DNA of 49,408 nt, filler included, from Trypethelium eluteriae (taxonomy: Eukaryota), in assembly GCA_051942245.1 (NCBI GenBank). It is 2 parts of 2 records of this genome, joined end to end, with 100 filler letters (N's around TTAATTAATTAA, not from the genome) between each part and the next. Parts side by side here need not be neighbours in the genome. Positions count along the whole stretch, not along the records: positions 24,756 to 49,408 come from JAVECL010000399.1; 1 more part is not named here. One strand, given 5' to 3'. The notes under the pieces were generated by a model, which worked only from the letters and a program-made list of their open reading frames with translations, ran no database searches and was not told the origin of the DNA. A program made the position numbers and the translations under genes. This document shows, piece after piece, positions 45,847-49,408 of the stretch. Numbering within the stretch: position 1 is the stretch's first letter; each line of letters opens with the position of its first letter.

Positions 45847-46872
45847 TGCAAGATGTGTCAAAAAGTATCAAGATGACGTGATAGACAACATCGCCACGAT
45901 CACGGTAGCTTGTTTGGAAATATCGGTGTATTAATTATTACCCCCCCAACCCTTCCACAAGAATCAGTATTAACTGGGTAAGTAACACATGAACGCATAA
46001 CTGTCTTCTTCAATGGCACCTTTCTTGTCACGGACAAAAGAGCTCTACAAAGCGTTTATATATCTTGTTTCAGTTGCAGCTAAATCACATCACTGGATTT
46101 ACTGAGGGTCAAGGTACTGTAGCTCGTTACCACATCTGGTTAGTCTAGACAGAATCGGAGCGACGCGCTTCTCAAACGCGTCCGCGTCTCTTCGTTACAA
46201 ACCAATACAGGTCACCCTAGCCAGTGCTCGTCAACATAGTAGCGAAGCCATCGGATCGAATAGCCAAGAAGAACGCATCATGCCGAAACAGGAAGATTGT
46301 CTACGTACGGGTTCACCGGCAAACCCGGGTCTGACAAAATCGCGGTTGGTTCTTCTGTCAATCTAGCGACTCATGCTCCGACAGCCGCAATAGCAGCAGG
46401 AATGACTGGACTAGCGAATATCATCAGATGATCAAAGTGTCCTGAACGAAATATTTGGTCGCACTGGGTCATCGAGCTTGCCTCTCATAATGCGTACCCC
46501 CAGTACCGTATAGCTATCGTGACTGACTCGTCACCAGCCCAAGTCTAATACAAAATATGAACGTGCTAATTAGGCAAGCAGTGAACGCATGGTGTCTAAA
46601 GTGCCACGGGCCAAATATACTCGATTTTTGAAATACACCGTATAGCATCAAAAATCGGCTGATTCCCTTGTTCCATTGAACATTCTAGAAATTGGAAACG
46701 AATTAACCCTGCCGGAGAGTCTCACTCACCGGAAGCACACCACTCAAGCATAACAGAGCAGAGAAGCAAATTATAAAGGCAGTTCAATATATATCTTTTG
46801 AGCTTCCATCTTCTCATATCACATGCCTTGTGTAGAGATGAATTACGCGCTGTCTAGGCAAAACTAACATAT

Positions 46873-47648
46873 TTAATCATATTGGTAAGCAGCATACCCA
46901 CACTGTGATGGGATGAGATTGCCGTGTTCATCAGTCGAAGGGTTTCTTGGACACGCCGGGACGCCAGAGCCGAGCCATACGGCGTCACTCAGAAGCGAGA
47001 AGCCGAGACAATTCGTGACGTTTGCAGCTGGGGTCTGCGCGTATGTTATGTTCAGGCCGCTGGGTTGCTGACAAGAGTAAAAGTACAACGTGTTGTTGAA
47101 CAGCAACGCTGGGTTCGAGATTTGAAGTTGACTACCGTCAAAATGCTGGACGAGATTGAACAGGTCGGTGTAACTACCTGCCGGAGGCTCTTGGTATGGA
47201 TGCGTATATCGGACTAGGCCTGTTCGGCTTGTTAACGACTTGAATCACGACGGGAGCTTTCCTCAGCCGTCATACCATTTTGCTCGACGTAGAGCTGTTG
47301 TCCACCAGGTACAGCTACGTTCATATAGACTTCGCCCATTGGTCCCCCTTGGTCGAGTGTGGTATTGAATTGAGTCAAAACATTTGTAGGGGTAGGCGTA
47401 GGGCATTGTCCAGCCACTTGTACTTTTGTGGGGCAAAGTGTTTGAGGATCATCTGCCTGCGGGTTTACTTGGATGACATGGTTGCGTGCTTGTGGGTATC
47501 CAATAACTGCTGGATGGTTGCCGAGTATCACCCCGTCAAAGACCTGAAAAATATTTGCAGTGAAGCCGTAGGCACTGTTGTTATTCGCGAGCACGACAGT
47601 AGCGAGGCCTGACAGTACCGCAAGTTCAAGAAACCTGGCGGGATACAT
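46873..47648 (-). CDS. Secreted IgE-binding-protein/PhiA-like cell-wall protein; join(47276..47648,46873..47219), ~239 aa
   Basis: Signal peptide; CP..V...CP, MNVAVPGGQQLYV..NG.V.YT, C.GF.L and C-terminal AAYQY motifs. Confidence 0.8.
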
Positions 47649-48549
47649 GATGTCTGACCTCGCACTCCTTCGAGACGCCAGCTGCTTGGACAAACCCTAC
47701 AATACCACTCCATTATTTTATATCATACGTTGATCGAGCCTGCTGGTGTTCTTCACATGAAGAAAGCAGAGCCTCGGTTGGTACTGCTAACGCCACAAAG
47801 GATTCTTTCTGCAGCTTAGAGAATCGATATACGAGTGCGTAATTTCCTGTCCTGGATAATTGTGGGGGTGTTGGAGAGGGGTGGTCCATATCCGCTTCCC
47901 TTTGACATCAGAAAACCTAATAATAGGTCCAAGCTAAGCAGGTCCCAAGCTAGGATGAAGCGCAAGTGAGTAACGGCGTCGGACTCACGCTGTCGCGAGG
48001 CCCAGGTGAAATTGGAGTGGACGTGATGCAGCCTTAAAAGCTTAACTGTACTTCGTACCTTGCTGCATTAAAGTGCCTGGCGTAGGGATCCGCGCCTGCA
48101 TCAGATAGCTGTGTATACATTTTTTGCAACTTTGCGGAGATCAAATGCAAAGGTCAGGTTTCTGCGTTAAGAAGTCTTGGAGCTTGAGGCAGTTGGTAGG
48201 CCAAGTGCATGAGCTTAGAAGTGGTGGAGGCTTTTCCTGCCCGAAGCCCTTGCGCACACCGCCCTTTTCCCAATCTACCCAAGGTAGTTCATGGGTAAAA
48301 AAGAGGCAGTGACTTAGATTGTCAACACAGTCGCTTTCGGCTTCGACGTGTCTGTAGATGATCATGGAACAGGCTGAGACCTGGTGGTGATAGATGTTCT
48401 TCTCTTTCGCCTTTTAATGGCTCAAGTACAAATTTCCAATCGATATTTCCTTAATCAATCACCCACAAAATCGCTGTCGTATCATTTTTACACCATCAAT
48501 CTCCGCTCATAGATCTTTCAGCGACGGAATAGCATTAATTCAAGACATT

Positions 48550-49408
48550 ATGAACCTCATTCGCGAGACTCATGGCTATGTCCTTTCCGAAAACGAAGAC
48601 GCGAGTCCTCTCCACGGTAAAGAAGCAAGCCCGAACAAGGCCATCTATCTCTGATCTTACCGATAATAGTCTTCGACCTCCCACAGCTGTACACCAAACC
48701 CTCAGCGTCTGCTCTCCTATCAGCTCTCGACATGCTCACCGTGGATGCCCCTTCATGGGACACAACCTCCAGCTCCCTCTCCGGCAGCAGCACTCCCCAC
48801 AGCAGCAGCAGCAGCTCCTCCAACGGCGCAAGCCCCCACCCCTTATCCTCACATCCCCACCAACGACGAAAAGTCGACCCCCAAGGCCTAACCGACTACC
48901 TCACCCGCATCATCGCCAGCCCCCTCGCTTGGCTCCCCTCCGCCTCCGCCCGCGACGCCGTCTGGGAACGCGCCAGCACCTGCCTCAGCGCCCGCTCCGG
49001 CCGCACCGGCATGTCCGCACTGACCCGCAGTTTCCGGATCCCGCTTCCTGCGCGCAGTAGTCTCGTCAGCGAGAACGAGTCTGTCGGGAAGGCGTCAGCC
49101 GCAACAGCGAAAGCCGAAGCGGAAGCGGACGTGGAGCTGGGCGTGGAGGAGGCGCCGCCCCTGCTGCCACCACCGCTGTCACCGCCGCTGTCATCGCTGC
49201 CGTCGTCGCCGCAGCATGTCGACATCACCCTCCACGAACCGACGCTCACGGGCGACCGGCTGGGCTTCAAGACGTGGGCGAGCTCGTGGCTGCTAGCGCG
49301 ACGGCTCGCGAGTCTGACGGTCGCCCACAGGCTGGACCGCGTTGTGCGGATGCCACCAAAGCGGTTCGCGGCGCTTGAGCTCGGAGCGGGGACGGGGCTG
49401 GTGGGGAT
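48550..49408 (+). CDS. Methyltransf_16 protein-lysine methyltransferase (Efm2-like), partial; intron 48617-48669; runs off window
   Basis: FDLPQLYTKPS, YLTRIIASPLAWL, ARSGRTG, LHEPTLTGD.LGFKTW.SS.LLA, LELGAGTGLVG SAM motif I. Confidence 0.88.

Noticed and set aside
48572..49270. 162-aa plus ORF and 124-aa minus ORF
   Set aside because: Alternative frame and antisense of the Efm2-like methyltransferase
1..49408. CRISPR arrays, rRNA, tRNA, intact transposons
   Set aside because: No spaced direct repeats, rRNA motifs, cloverleafs, transposase or reverse-transcriptase ORFs noticed by eye

Overview
Filamentous-ascomycete (Pezizomycotina; intron signals and cluster layout suggest, but do not prove, a Eurotiomycete) genomic DNA made of two contigs joined by an artificial 100-nt linker (24656-24755). 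Left contig: a small secreted repeat protein, a gene-free ~2.1 kb stretch (~4440-6566) that folds by eye into an end-to-end paired, multi-branched, G-U-rich plus-strand RNA (best hypothesis: telomerase RNA with a non-canonical template; alternatives: unknown structured lncRNA or endogenised viroid/satellite-like RNA), a complete seven-gene quinate utilisation cluster (qutR-qutA-qutC-qutD-qutB-qutG-qutE) with four QutA/QA-1F-type palindromes, and an adjoining amidohydrolase + MFS + Ldh_2-oxidoreductase trio. Right contig: NOC2/VPS28, a P450 + secreted carboxylesterase + FMO trio, a decayed AAA+ ATPase, an uncharacterised membrane protein paired with two HET-domain genes (candidate immunity island), a secreted IgE-binding-protein-like gene and the start of an EFM2-like methyltransferase. 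All gene models, splice sites and helices were read by eye; no folding or database search was run.
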